Shown here piece after piece: positions 37,958 through 47,687 of a DNA stretch of 64,000 bases. How positions within the stretch are numbered: the stretch's first letter is position 1; every line of letters begins with the position of its first letter. The notes under the pieces are model-generated. The model was not told the DNA's origin. It worked only from the letters and a program-made list of their open reading frames with translations, and searched no databases. The position numbers and the translations under genes were made by a program. The DNA is from an uncultured Desulfatitalea sp. (GTDB taxonomy: Bacteria; Desulfobacterota; Desulfobacteria; Desulfobacterales; Desulfosarcinaceae). The stretch lies in contig CAXXMB010000002.1 in assembly GCA_963668675.2 (NCBI GenBank), positions 2,592,001-2,656,000 on the forward strand. The letters run 5' to 3'.

Positions 37958-39397
37958 GTGGACATTCCTTCCGATGGATTGATCGTGGTATGCAAGCGGG
38001 AGTGCGCCACCTGCCAAATGGTGGTGTCGGTGCTGCACGAGCTGGTTCGCAGCGAACAACCCCTGACTATCTATAGCCAGGACGATCCTGGGTTTCCGGA
38101 AGAGATCGAGGGCGTTGTGGACGATTCGGATCTCTCCGGTTCGTATGAACTTGAGATCGAAGCCGTACCCACCCTGATCCAAATGAGAGGTGGGGTTGAA
38201 CAGGCCCGTGCAGTCGGCTGGGATCGGGCCGAATGGCAGGCGTTGACCGGCCTGGAGAGACTGGGCAGGGATCTTCCCCCAACACGGCCGGGGTGCGGAT
38301 CGAAGAGTGTCGAACCGGGTGTTGCGGAAGCCTTGGCGCTCCGGTTCGGTGGCATTCGCCTGGCGGCGCGGCGCATCGAAACCCCCATGCTCGAGGACGA
38401 GGCAGAGACCTGCTTTGCCAATGGCTGGACCGACGGCCTGCCGGTGGTGCCGCCCACCGAAGTGCGCGTGGTGCGCATGCTGGCCGGGACCGAAAGGGCC
38501 CCGGACGATGTCGTGGCGATCGTTCCCCCCAACCAGGCGCCCTGCACCGTTGAGAAGGTGGCCATCAATGCGGTCATGGCCGGCTGCAAGCCCGAATACC
38601 TGCCGGTGGTGATCGCAGCGGTGGAGGCTGCCTGCGTGGATGACTTCTGTCTGCATGGCCTGTTGGCCACCACCTATTTTTCAGGGCCGGTGGTGATCGT
38701 GAACGGCCCCATTGCCAAGGCGGTCGGCATGAATTCGGGCGTCAATGCCTTCGGACAGGGAAACCGCGCCAATGCAACGATCGGCCGGGCGCTGCAGCTG
38801 GTGGTGCGCAACGTGGGCGGCGGGCGACCCGGTGAAATCGACCGCGCCACCTTAGGAACCCCCGGTAAATACACCTTTTGCTTTGCCGAAGACGAAGCGG
38901 GCTCCCCCTGGGAATCGCTGGCGGTCGAGCACGGTTTTTCCGAAGAGAGCTCCACGGTCACCCTTTTTTCCGGCAGTGGCGTGCAACCCATCTTCGACCA
39001 GCGTTCTCGCGAACCCGATTCGCTGGCGTGCAGCTTTGCGGCCTGTCTGCGGGCGGTGGTGCACCCCAAAATCCCCATGACGGCCGATGCCTTGCTGGTG
39101 GTTTCGCCCGAACACGGCCGGGTATTTCGTCGTGCGGGCTGGACCAAGCGTCAATTGCGCGAGCGGCTCGAACAGTTGCTTCAACTTCCGGGTGCGGAGC
39201 TGATCCGTGGTGCCCAGGGAATTGAGGAGGGTGTCCCGGCAGAGCTGGGCGAGGCGACGCTGCCGAAGTTCCGTCCCGGCGGGCTTGGTATCCTACATGC
39301 CGGCGGGACGGCGGGACTGTTTTCAGCTATTATCAGCGGATGGGTGGCCAGCGGCCCCAAGGGGAGTCAAATGGTGACCCGGGAGATCAAACCATGA
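37958..39397 (+). CDS. Thioredoxin-like N-domain + UGSC-associated large protein
   Basis: N-terminal CxxC (CATC), GWTDGLPVVPPT and GNRANATIGRA motifs. Translationally coupled to the UGSC gene. Confidence 0.75.
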   Translation: MDIPSDGLIVVCKRECATCQMVVSVLHELVRSEQPLTIYSQDDPGFPEEIEGVVDDSDLSGSYELEIEAVPTLIQMRGGVEQARAVGWDRAEWQALTGLERLGRDLPPTRPGCGSKSVEPGVAEALALRFGGIRLAARRIETPMLEDEAETCFANGWTDGLPVVPPTEVRVVRMLAGTERAPDDVVAIVPPNQAPCTVEKVAINAVMAGCKPEYLPVVIAAVEAACVDDFCLHGLLATTYFSGPVVIVNGPIAKAVGMNSGVNAFGQGNRANATIGRALQLVVRNVGGGRPGEIDRATLGTPGKYTFCFAEDEAGSPWESLAVEHGFSEESSTVTLFSGSGVQPIFDQRSREPDSLACSFAACLRAVVHPKIPMTADALLVVSPEHGRVFRRAGWTKRQLRERLEQLLQLPGAELIRGAQGIEEGVPAELGEATLPKFRPGGLGILHAGGTAGLFSAIISGWVASGPKGSQMVTREIKP

Positions 39398-39921
39398 GTG
39401 AGACCATCGTATTGCTGGACCCGACCGCGGAATTGAAGCCAGCGTCACGCGAACGGTTGCCGCGGCCAAAGGATCTGCAAGGGTGTTGCGTCGGGCTGTT
39501 GGATATTTCGAAGGCCCGCGGGGATATCTTTCTGGACGAGATCGAAACGCAGCTGGCCGCGAGAGGCGTGAGCGTCAAGCGCTACCAGAAACCCACTTTT
39601 GCGCGTGTGGCGCCGATCGAGCTTCTGCAGCGCATCAGCACCGAATGCCAGGTGGTGATCGAAGCGCTGGCCGACTGAGGGTCTTGCACGTCGTGCAGTG
39701 TGCACGACACCATCGACCTTGAGGGGCGCGGCATTCCCAGCGTCTATGTCGCCTCTTCCGAATTCGAACAGGCGGGCGCCTCCCAGGCCCGGGCTTTGGG
39801 CTATGATCCGGCGGCCGTGTTCGTGCCCCACCCGATTCAGGACCGAACCGATGATGAGATGAGGGCCATCGCGAAGTCCGCCTTAGAGGGGGTGCTGAAG
39901 GCGCTCTCCGCCGACGGTTGA
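39394..39921 (+). CDS. UGSC-family selenoprotein (Sec at UGA 39676-39678), 175 aa
   Basis: Frame runs ...EALAD-TGA-GSCTSCSVHD... through to stop 39921. SECIS-like hairpin 11 nt downstream. ATGA overlap with the upstream gene. Confidence 0.88.
39690..39708 (+). promoter_or_regulatory. Putative bacterial SECIS element
   Basis: GTCGTGCA-GTG-TGCACGAC: perfect 8-bp stem with G-containing loop, starting 11 nt after the UGA. Confidence 0.75.
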
Positions 39922-40057
39922 AACAGCGTACAGGGTGTCTCCGGCCTTTGGCCGGTCTGGAAAAAGTGAACCGGAAGGAAGTGCAATAGAACAAGTACAG
40001 GATGACCCTCAATTGTAGAATGGAGCGGTTGTCCACAGAACGGGAAGGAAGGAATGG

Positions 40058-41449
40058 ATGGGTAACAGTTCATTGAAGGATCTCTACCAGCAGAAGTTGA
40101 TTTCAGCAGAGGCGGCCGCCGGTATGGTTCAATCAGGCATGACCATCTTTTTGGGCGGCTCGGCCAACTTGGCCAGGATTATCGACAAGCATCTGGCGGC
40201 GCGGGTGAACGAGTTGGACGATGTGGCCGTCCGCACGTTTCTGGACACGGCCGAGCATGAATTCCTCAAGGCCGATCCGAATGGCGAGGTGTTCAAATGG
40301 CACAGCGGCTTTCTGCTGCACTCGGTGCGGTCCCATGTGTCGGCCAGGGGCAGCGGCGTCTACCACGCCCAGTCCTGGCACATGGCACCCGGCGTGATCC
40401 GTGAACAACTGCAGAACGACATCGCCTACTATGTGACCGCACCGATGGACGAGCACGGCTGTTTCAACTTCGGCCTGTCGGTCACCGAATTGAAAGCGTA
40501 CAGTGAAGTCTCCAAAAAGGTGGTGGTGATCGTTCGCGAGGATATGCCGGTCATTTGCGGTGGTCAGGAGGAGGCGATCCACATCTCCGAGATCGACCAC
40601 ATCGTGGAGGATCGCGAATTCGAAACCTTCTGCCTGCCGCCGGTGCCGGCCAAGCCGGAAGATCGGCTGATCGCCGATAATATCGTGTCGGCCGGGCTTA
40701 TCAAGGATGGGACCACCCTTCAGATCGGGATCGGCGGTCTGCCCAACTCGGTGCTGGAGGCGTTGTGCAGTGCCGGGGTCAAGCATCTGGGCATTCACTC
40801 CGAGATGTTGACCGACAAGATGTACGACCTGATCCAACTTGGCATCGTGGACAACACCTGCAAGCAGATCGACCGTTACAAAAGCACCTTCTCCTTCTGC
40901 CTGGGCAGTCGCCATTTATACGACTTTCTGCACCGCAATCCGATGTTCGCCTCCTATCCGGTGGACTATGTGAACAACCCCATGGTGATCGCCCAGCAGC
41001 CCAATATGTTCTCCCTCAACACCACCATGCAGATCGACCTGGTCGGCCAGGTGGCCTCCGAGCAGATCGGCGGGGACCGCCCGCGGCATATCAGTGGTAC
41101 CGGGGGGCAGCTCGATTTCGTGATGGGCACTCTGCTGGCGCAGGACCGGGCCGGCGTCAGCGTGCTGGCCCTCTATTCGGAGCACAAAGGGCGCTCGCGG
41201 ATCGTGCCGACCCTGGAGAAGGGAACGGTGGTCACCGTGCCGCGCTCGTTGGTCGATTACGTGGTGACCGAGTGGGGCCTGGTTCGCTCCCGTGGGTTGA
41301 CCATCAACGAAAGGGCCCAGGCGCTAATCCGCATCGCCCATCCCAAGCACCGTGACGAGCTGACACGCCAGGCCGTGGATGCCGGGTTCATCCCCTATCC
41401 GGAGCGGGACGGGCAGCTGCCCAGGGGCGTGATCAACTGTCGGGATTGA
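40058..41449 (+). CDS. Acetyl-CoA hydrolase/transferase family (4-hydroxybutyrate CoA-transferase-like)
   Basis: TLQIGIGG, LGIHSEM, ISGTGGQLDF, VVTEWG and LIRIAHP motifs. Confidence 0.92.
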   Translation: MGNSSLKDLYQQKLISAEAAAGMVQSGMTIFLGGSANLARIIDKHLAARVNELDDVAVRTFLDTAEHEFLKADPNGEVFKWHSGFLLHSVRSHVSARGSGVYHAQSWHMAPGVIREQLQNDIAYYVTAPMDEHGCFNFGLSVTELKAYSEVSKKVVVIVREDMPVICGGQEEAIHISEIDHIVEDREFETFCLPPVPAKPEDRLIADNIVSAGLIKDGTTLQIGIGGLPNSVLEALCSAGVKHLGIHSEMLTDKMYDLIQLGIVDNTCKQIDRYKSTFSFCLGSRHLYDFLHRNPMFASYPVDYVNNPMVIAQQPNMFSLNTTMQIDLVGQVASEQIGGDRPRHISGTGGQLDFVMGTLLAQDRAGVSVLALYSEHKGRSRIVPTLEKGTVVTVPRSLVDYVVTEWGLVRSRGLTINERAQALIRIAHPKHRDELTRQAVDAGFIPYPERDGQLPRGVINCRD

Positions 41450-41485
41450 TGGTGCAATGGATCAGTCAGTCTGTTTGAAACCAAA

Positions 41486-41518
41486 GGCAGCCCAAACCCT
41501 GGGCTGCCACCCCTTTTT
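41486..41518 (+). terminator. Rho-independent terminator
   Basis: GGCAGCCCA / TGGGCTGCC stem with a nearby T-run. Confidence 0.6.
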
Positions 41519-41658
41519 AAAATTGACAAGATGGGGTTAGGCTTTTTAAACAGTAGATCATAGAGAGAGCCATGGTCTCTCTTTCCCTCTGCTTCTCTTC
41601 ACTGCGCAAGGCGTCATAACAATGGACGGATTGTCAGTCTAACCAACGGAGTGATCAT

Positions 41659-42579
41659 ATGAAAAAAGCGGTTTATCACGGTATTCGGGACATCCGGGTA
41701 GAGGATGTGGCGGACCCCACGCCCGGAAAGGGTGAGGTGAAGGTCCAGGTGAAGTATTGCGGCATCTGCGGGTCCGATCTGCATGAGTACCTGCACGGCC
41801 CCTTTCCGGAGAGCCCGTTCGGACACGAGGCCTGCGGGACGATTTCAGAGGTTGGTCCGGGAGTAGAGGAATACAAGGTCGGCGATCGGGTCTGTACCGT
41901 TACGCCTGGTGCCTATGCCGAGGCGGTGGTCTGTCCGGCCGAGCGTCTGATCGCCATTCCCGAAGGGGTGGAGTGGATGCGGGCCGTGGTTCTGGAGCCA
42001 CTCTCCGGGGCGGCCTACGCCATCGATCGCGGAGGGGTGAAGACCGGGGATACGGTGTTCATCGCCGGTGCCGGTACGGTCGGGCTGATGATGCTCCAGG
42101 GGCTCAAGGCCATGGGCGTGGAGACGGTCTACGTCACCGATGTATTGGAGAACCGGCGCAAGAAGGCCGAGGAGCTGGGTGCCACTATGGTGTGGAACCC
42201 CATGGAGGTCAGGAGCCCGGCTAAGATCAAGGAGATCACCGGCGGGCGCGGCGTGGATGTGGCCATCGAGGCCGTGGGCATCGAAGCGGCGCTGAAAGAC
42301 TGCCTTGCCTCGGCGCGCTACCAGGGGACGGTCATCGTCCAGGGGATTTTCACCGAGCGGGCCAATCTGCATATGCTCGGGTTCGTTACCCGGGAGACCA
42401 CCATGATCGGCACCGCCTCGATCAATCCGCCCCTGGCCATGAAGTGGCTGGCCACTGGTAAAATCAAACCCGAGAGCGTCGTGACTGATATCATTCCCCT
42501 GGCGGATATTGACGCCAAGGGGTTTGGCGTGCTTGCCGGCAAAAGTGAAACCGCGATCAAGATTGTGGTGGAAATGTAA
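41659..42579 (+). CDS. Zinc-binding MDR alcohol dehydrogenase (butanediol DH-like)
   Basis: CGICGSDLH, GHE, LEP and GAGTVG motifs. Confidence 0.9.
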   Translation: MKKAVYHGIRDIRVEDVADPTPGKGEVKVQVKYCGICGSDLHEYLHGPFPESPFGHEACGTISEVGPGVEEYKVGDRVCTVTPGAYAEAVVCPAERLIAIPEGVEWMRAVVLEPLSGAAYAIDRGGVKTGDTVFIAGAGTVGLMMLQGLKAMGVETVYVTDVLENRRKKAEELGATMVWNPMEVRSPAKIKEITGGRGVDVAIEAVGIEAALKDCLASARYQGTVIVQGIFTERANLHMLGFVTRETTMIGTASINPPLAMKWLATGKIKPESVVTDIIPLADIDAKGFGVLAGKSETAIKIVVEM

Positions 42580-42646
42580 CCGTTCGACAAAAAGCATTGA
42601 GCCTGTCGGCGAACAGAATGCAGGTAAGATTGCCCTGCCTATAAGC

Positions 42647-42833
42647 TTGATGAACTTGTAAAACGTCCCAAAAGTGCTTTTCCTGTCATTCCGGCGAAGG
42701 CCGGGCACACAGGGAAGCTTTAGCGCTATCCAGTCTCTTCAACGGGTTCTGGATGCCCGATCAAAAAAGCTTGCCCCAGACCGCGATCCGGGGTCCGGCA
42801 TGACGGTTGAATGGTTTTTTACGAATTCATCAA
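42647..42833. repeat. MITE-like element with REP-like core
   Basis: TIRs TTGATGAACTTGTAAAA / TTTTACGAATTCATCAA (2 mismatches in 17) enclose GTCATTCCGGCGAAGGCCGG...TCCGGCATGAC. Confidence 0.72.
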
Positions 42834-45800
42834 ATTTGGATCAATTCCGCCTGTGCGAGGCGATGGGTTGTCTCTTTTCGCCACGTTCCTTCTGAGCAGG
42901 CGTCGGCCATGGCCACCGCCAGATGTTGCGGCGGTGTGAGGCGCTGGCGTCCCAGGCCGTTGAGGCAGGCCGGGCAGTTGGTCAGTAGATGTTGTTGCGG
43001 ATGCCCGGTTGCCAGCGGTGCCAGGGCCGACCGCTTGCGGGCCAGCATGGCGGCGGCGATATCGGGCCGGCTCAAGGCCAGGGTGCCGGCTTCGGAGCAG
43101 CACTCGGGAATGGTGGTGACGCCTGCCGGTGCAATTTGCCCCAGCACTGTTTCCCCCTGTCCATCGAGAGAGTCGTGGCAGGGTTGATGGTAGCAGCACT
43201 CCCCCTCCAATCGAACTTCCAATCCCTGCGACAGTACGAAGCCGGATATATCAGCCAGCGGTGCGTTGAAGATGTCGGCGGTATTGATACGCTCCATTGC
43301 TTCGCGGCAGGTGCCGCAACTTACGATGCAGGCGTCGAAGTCGAGATAACCCAGCATAGCACGGATCTGGTTGAAGAGAATGGTGTTGTGCAGCTCCTGG
43401 CGGTGGGTGAGGTCGGTCTTGGCGTTGGCGCGGGCCGGAAATCCACAGCAGAGGTATTTGGGCGGCAGCACCACCCGTACGCCGGTTTGCAGCAGCAAAA
43501 AGATGGCGGCCAACCCGATATCGGCGTGCAGCCGTTCGGAGCCGCAGCCGGGGAAGTAGAAGACGGTGGCCGCCGGTGACGCTCCCTGCGGGGTGACCAC
43601 CAGCACATGGTTCAGGTCGTGGGCTCGCGGGTAGAGGTGCGGCAGCGGTTGGGCGGCGATGGCCGGTGCCGGCGCGTAGAGCGGCGCCAGGAGTGAGCTG
43701 CGGCGCCACTGGCGTCCGACGATCCGGGTTGCGGCCCGCTGCACGGCGCCGCCCCACTGAAACACGCTGCGGCGCACCAGGCGGTTGGTGGTACGGGAGC
43801 GCGAAGCGAGGTAGTTAAGGGCCAGGCGCGTGGGCCATGCAGTCTGCCGGGAGCCGTGGGTGGCCAGAACTTCGCGCTCGAGGATCGAGACTTCGGCGGT
43901 GTCGATATTCACCGGACAGGGTGGCTGGCACTTATGGCACAGGGTGCAGTGGTCGGCAATTTCGCCCAGCCAATGCAGCGAGCGCAATCCCAGTGCATTC
44001 GAACGCTGCGCTTCGTAGAGCAGGGCTTCGATAATGGCGACCAGGGCCAGGTTTTTGTTGCGCGGGTGGTAGAAGAGATTGCCAGCCGGGTAGAAGACAC
44101 AGCAGCCGGTTTTGCACCGGCCGCAGCGCACGCACTGGGAGATTTTTTCGGCCAGCTTTTCGAGGCGGCCGTATTGCAGGATGCGGGCCTCCAGCTCGAT
44201 GAGGTTGAACGATGGCGCATACACCCGATCGGCCACCGTGCGGTCGGTCAGTTTGCCCGGGTTGATCAGGTCGTCGGGGTCGGCCGCCTGCTGGTAAGCG
44301 CTGAACTCGGCCATGATCGCGTCGTCCAGATGCTTGATTTTGGTGAAACCGATGCCATGTTCGCCGCTCACCACCCCCTCCAGTTCGACCGTCTTCTCCA
44401 TGATGAGATCGGCCACTTCGGCGGCCCGGCGCATCATCTCACGATCGTTGGAGAAGACCGGGATGTTGACGTGCACGTTGCCATCACCGGCGTGCATGTG
44501 GGTGGCCACCACGATGCGGCGGTTGCGGATTTCAGTAATGTCGCTTTCGATCTGGGCCGTCACTTTGCTGTAACCGCGCAAGAGTTCGGCCATGGCGTCC
44601 CGGATAGCGCGCAGATGGGTTTCGGCCCGCAGGTGGGTGCGGCCGGCCAGTTTGATCTGGGCCATGGTTTCCTGGAGCAGTTGTTTGGCCCGGGGGAGTT
44701 TGGCGGTCAGCCACTCGGGGTCTTCGATGGGGACGGCTCGCTCCAGGTAGGTGAGCAGCTGCCAGATCACCTCCTCCTGGTTGGCTCGCTCCTCCTCGAC
44801 GTTGAGCTGGTCGACATAGGCGGCAAATTCGGCCAGGGCCTTCAAGGGCAGGACGATGTCTTCGTTGAGCTTGAAAGCGTTGGTGCGGGCGGCGATGGCC
44901 CCCAGGCGCTTACGGTCGCGCCAGAAGCGCTGGGCCTCCTGGTCGCTTTGGGCCACGGCCAGAAAGGTGTTGGGATAGTCTCCCAGCAAAAGGGTCAGCC
45001 GTTCGAGACCGGTGTCGATCTGGCCGGTGGTGTGGCCCACGATGTCGATGAGCAGCACGGCCTTGGGGCGCTCGCTGCGGGGCGCCTTGGCTTTGTATTG
45101 GATGGCCCGCACGTACTCTTCATCGAAGTGCTCCAAGGCCATCAGGGCCTCGCGGTCCTTCTCGGAGAAGGCCTGCGAGATGCGGTCGATCACTTCGGAG
45201 GCCTCCTCCATGTCTTCGCCGAAGAATTCGAGGCAGACCGTTCGCTGATGGGCGTACGCCTGGTGAAGCAGAAAGGTGGCCGAGGTGATGATGCCGTCGG
45301 TGCCCTCCTTCTGAACGCCCGGAAGTCCTTCGAGCGTTTTGTTGGTGATATCCTTTCCCAGGCCGGGTTTGCGCAGTTGCGAGCCCTCGATGTGGATCGT
45401 CTTGAGAGGCGCCTGTGCGACCGTGTCGATCACATCGAAGGAGATACGCTCTTCCGGATCGATGCGGCGGCCATGGGGGTGCAGCCGCCGCACCTCGACC
45501 AACCGGCCGTCTGCCAGCGCGATGCGAAAGCTCAGCAGGTTGTCGATGGCCGTTCCCCAGAGAACCGCCCGTTTGCCGCCGGCATTTTCGGCGATGTTGC
45601 CGCCGATGGTGCAGGCCCAGGAGGAGGTGGGGTCGGTGGCGAAGATCAGACCTGCCGCTTCGGCCGCCTGCATGGCCGCTTCGGTGATGACGCCGGCCTG
45701 CAGCTCGATGGTATCGAGGGTCAGGGGATCGCCGTTGGGTTGATTGAAACGCGCCTTTGAGATGCCACCGATGCGGTTGAGTTTCTCGGTATTGATGATA

Positions 45801-46432
45801 ACGCAATCGGGCACTACCGGCACCGCCCCTCCGGTCAGTCCAGTGCCGCCGCCCCGGGGGATCGCCTTGAGTCCGAGGCTGGCAACGGCTTGCAGCAGGC
45901 GCGGCACCTGCTCCTCCGCGCTGGGGCACACCACGGCGACCGGAAGGTGCAGGCGCCAATCGGTGGCGTCGGTGGCGTGGGCACAGAGGGTGAATGGATC
46001 GAAGAAGAGGTTCTGGTCGCCGACGATGGCACCCAGGCGACGGCGCATCCGTTCCCGTTGTTCGGTCGTGGTCGCCAGGCCGTGGCCCAGGGCATCGAGC
46101 TGCTCACGGCATCTCTCCAGCACCAGCTCCAGTTCCGGGGTCTCCTGGCCCCGCGCAGCGATCAGGTCGAGGTCCCGGCGGGCATTGGAGAGAAACCGAT
46201 GCCGTTGCTTGCGGTCGTCAACCAACTCCTGGTAGAGAAACGGGTTGCGGCGGAGGATGAAAAGATCCCCGATGGTGCGCATGAGCAGGCGCCAGGAGCG
46301 GCCTGTTCGGCGGGTGAACACCAACCGTTCGAGGGGGGCGAGCACCTCTTCGCCCAGCAGCAGGGTCCAGATGCGCCGGTCGTCGGCTGAGGTATAGTTG
46401 AACGGGATCTCTCTGGCTGTGGTGCTGTTCAT
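42830..46432 (-). CDS. FAD-binding / Fe-S oxidoreductase with DUF3683 N-domain (GlcD/GlpC-like fusion)
   Basis: REIPFNYTS, PRGGGTG, HAGDGNVH, SGEHGIG, CxxCxxC clusters and CCG motifs. Confidence 0.9.
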   Translation of the reverse strand: MNSTTAREIPFNYTSADDRRIWTLLLGEEVLAPLERLVFTRRTGRSWRLLMRTIGDLFILRRNPFLYQELVDDRKQRHRFLSNARRDLDLIAARGQETPELELVLERCREQLDALGHGLATTTEQRERMRRRLGAIVGDQNLFFDPFTLCAHATDATDWRLHLPVAVVCPSAEEQVPRLLQAVASLGLKAIPRGGGTGLTGGAVPVVPDCVIINTEKLNRIGGISKARFNQPNGDPLTLDTIELQAGVITEAAMQAAEAAGLIFATDPTSSWACTIGGNIAENAGGKRAVLWGTAIDNLLSFRIALADGRLVEVRRLHPHGRRIDPEERISFDVIDTVAQAPLKTIHIEGSQLRKPGLGKDITNKTLEGLPGVQKEGTDGIITSATFLLHQAYAHQRTVCLEFFGEDMEEASEVIDRISQAFSEKDREALMALEHFDEEYVRAIQYKAKAPRSERPKAVLLIDIVGHTTGQIDTGLERLTLLLGDYPNTFLAVAQSDQEAQRFWRDRKRLGAIAARTNAFKLNEDIVLPLKALAEFAAYVDQLNVEEERANQEEVIWQLLTYLERAVPIEDPEWLTAKLPRAKQLLQETMAQIKLAGRTHLRAETHLRAIRDAMAELLRGYSKVTAQIESDITEIRNRRIVVATHMHAGDGNVHVNIPVFSNDREMMRRAAEVADLIMEKTVELEGVVSGEHGIGFTKIKHLDDAIMAEFSAYQQAADPDDLINPGKLTDRTVADRVYAPSFNLIELEARILQYGRLEKLAEKISQCVRCGRCKTGCCVFYPAGNLFYHPRNKNLALVAIIEALLYEAQRSNALGLRSLHWLGEIADHCTLCHKCQPPCPVNIDTAEVSILEREVLATHGSRQTAWPTRLALNYLASRSRTTNRLVRRSVFQWGGAVQRAATRIVGRQWRRSSLLAPLYAPAPAIAAQPLPHLYPRAHDLNHVLVVTPQGASPAATVFYFPGCGSERLHADIGLAAIFLLLQTGVRVVLPPKYLCCGFPARANAKTDLTHRQELHNTILFNQIRAMLGYLDFDACIVSCGTCREAMERINTADIFNAPLADISGFVLSQGLEVRLEGECCYHQPCHDSLDGQGETVLGQIAPAGVTTIPECCSEAGTLALSRPDIAAAMLARKRSALAPLATGHPQQHLLTNCPACLNGLGRQRLTPPQHLAVAMADACSEGTWRKETTHRLAQAELIQI

Positions 46433-46743
46433 GTGTGTCTAGTGTGAAATCGGTATGTATATTCAATGGTCCACAAACAAAAAACGCCCCCGGGGCGAAA
46501 CCGGATGCGCACAAATGGGCCTCCTGTTTATATTCCGGTTACCCTTATCGATCAAGGGCGGGGCTGATGCAACCCTATTTTTAGCGGCTCACCGGACAAG
46601 TCCCCCTTTGAAATAGGGGGATTTAGCGGGATTTTAGGGTATTAGGGAAATTGTCGATGGGCGTAAGCTTACCTTGCGACCCCAGTAAAATCCCCCTCGA
46701 TCGAGGGGGATTTTATCTGGTGCGGTGGCCTGGTGCAGGGGGA

Positions 46744-47478
46744 TCAGGCCTGGGTGCTTATCGAGAGAAGTGTTTCGGAAGCGAAGGATTGGCTGCTGCC
46801 GCCAAACATGGCTGTTAGATCGGATTGTGCGCCCAGCCCCGCTCCCAGGGCAGCCATCTTCATGTAGTTTTCAATGCCGGCCAAGACCGCCTGAGAGACA
46901 CCCTCGGATTGAGCCGACAACCCATTTGGCGGCGGGGGGCCCTCGGGCCGGTTGGCTTCCAAGGCCGCCATGGCCTCCTCTTCGTTGAGGACGCCGTCTT
47001 CATCTTCGTCATGGGCAGCCAGCAGCTCGGCCGCGTCCATCTCTTCCGATGCGGCCTGGTTGATGAAGTCGACCAGGGTTTGTGTTTCGGTCTCATCGAG
47101 CGTGCCGTCTTCGTCCTCGTCGGCATCGCTAACGAGCTGTGACAAGTCGGGTGGTGAGCCGCCCATCATGCCGCCGGGCGGGGGACCTTGCGGCGGGGGG
47201 CCTTGGGGCCGGTTGGCTTCCATGGCGGTTTGGGTTTCGCTCTCACTGAGCACCCCGTTACCATCTTCATCGTAAGTGGCGAACAACGCTTCGACATCGA
47301 CCTCTTCTCCGGTCGCTTCACTGATCTTGTCAGCCAGGGTCTGGAACTCGGTTTGATCCAGGCCGCCGCTGCCGTCCGTGTCCACTTCGGCGAACTTCTC
47401 CGCAGGGTCCGGCCGTTTGCCCATGCCGGACATCTGCCCCATGTAGTACATGCTTGAACTCGTGCTGCTGATCATCAT
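46744..47478 (-). CDS. EF-hand calcium-binding protein with internal duplication and Pro-rich linkers
   Basis: Four DxDxxGxL EF loops and two EANRP(Q/E)GPPP repeats. RBS AGGAGG. Confidence 0.85.
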   Translation of the reverse strand: MMISSTSSSMYYMGQMSGMGKRPDPAEKFAEVDTDGSGGLDQTEFQTLADKISEATGEEVDVEALFATYDEDGNGVLSESETQTAMEANRPQGPPPQGPPPGGMMGGSPPDLSQLVSDADEDEDGTLDETETQTLVDFINQAASEEMDAAELLAAHDEDEDGVLNEEEAMAALEANRPEGPPPPNGLSAQSEGVSQAVLAGIENYMKMAALGAGLGAQSDLTAMFGGSSQSFASETLLSISTQA

Positions 47479-47639
47479 AATAATCCTCCTTTAGCTGATG
47501 GGTTAAAAATTGCCTGACCGCCAGCATGAGGCGGCAATCAGACGCGTGACGGCCAAGCGGTCAAGATTCACTACAATTCGTAACTATATTTTATATCGTG
47601 TAAAAATCGGCGGGCTTTATGGCAGTTGTGTTACTTGTA

Positions 47640-47656
47640 TGTAACTCTTTGTAACA
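47640..47656 (-). promoter_or_regulatory. RstA-box-like direct repeat (TACA-N6-TACA)
   Basis: Minus strand reads TGTTACAAAGAGTTACA, upstream of the EF-hand gene and next to an RstA-like regulator gene. Confidence 0.5.
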
Positions 47657-47687
47657 CTGGTAGAAGGGGGGCGAATAGGGATGGAGG

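Noticed and set aside
43856..45760. 634-aa plus-strand ORF, and similar long antisense ORFs over tig, lon, MFS and baeS
   Set aside because: Antisense open frames expected from high GC3 codon bias in well-supported genes on the opposite strand.
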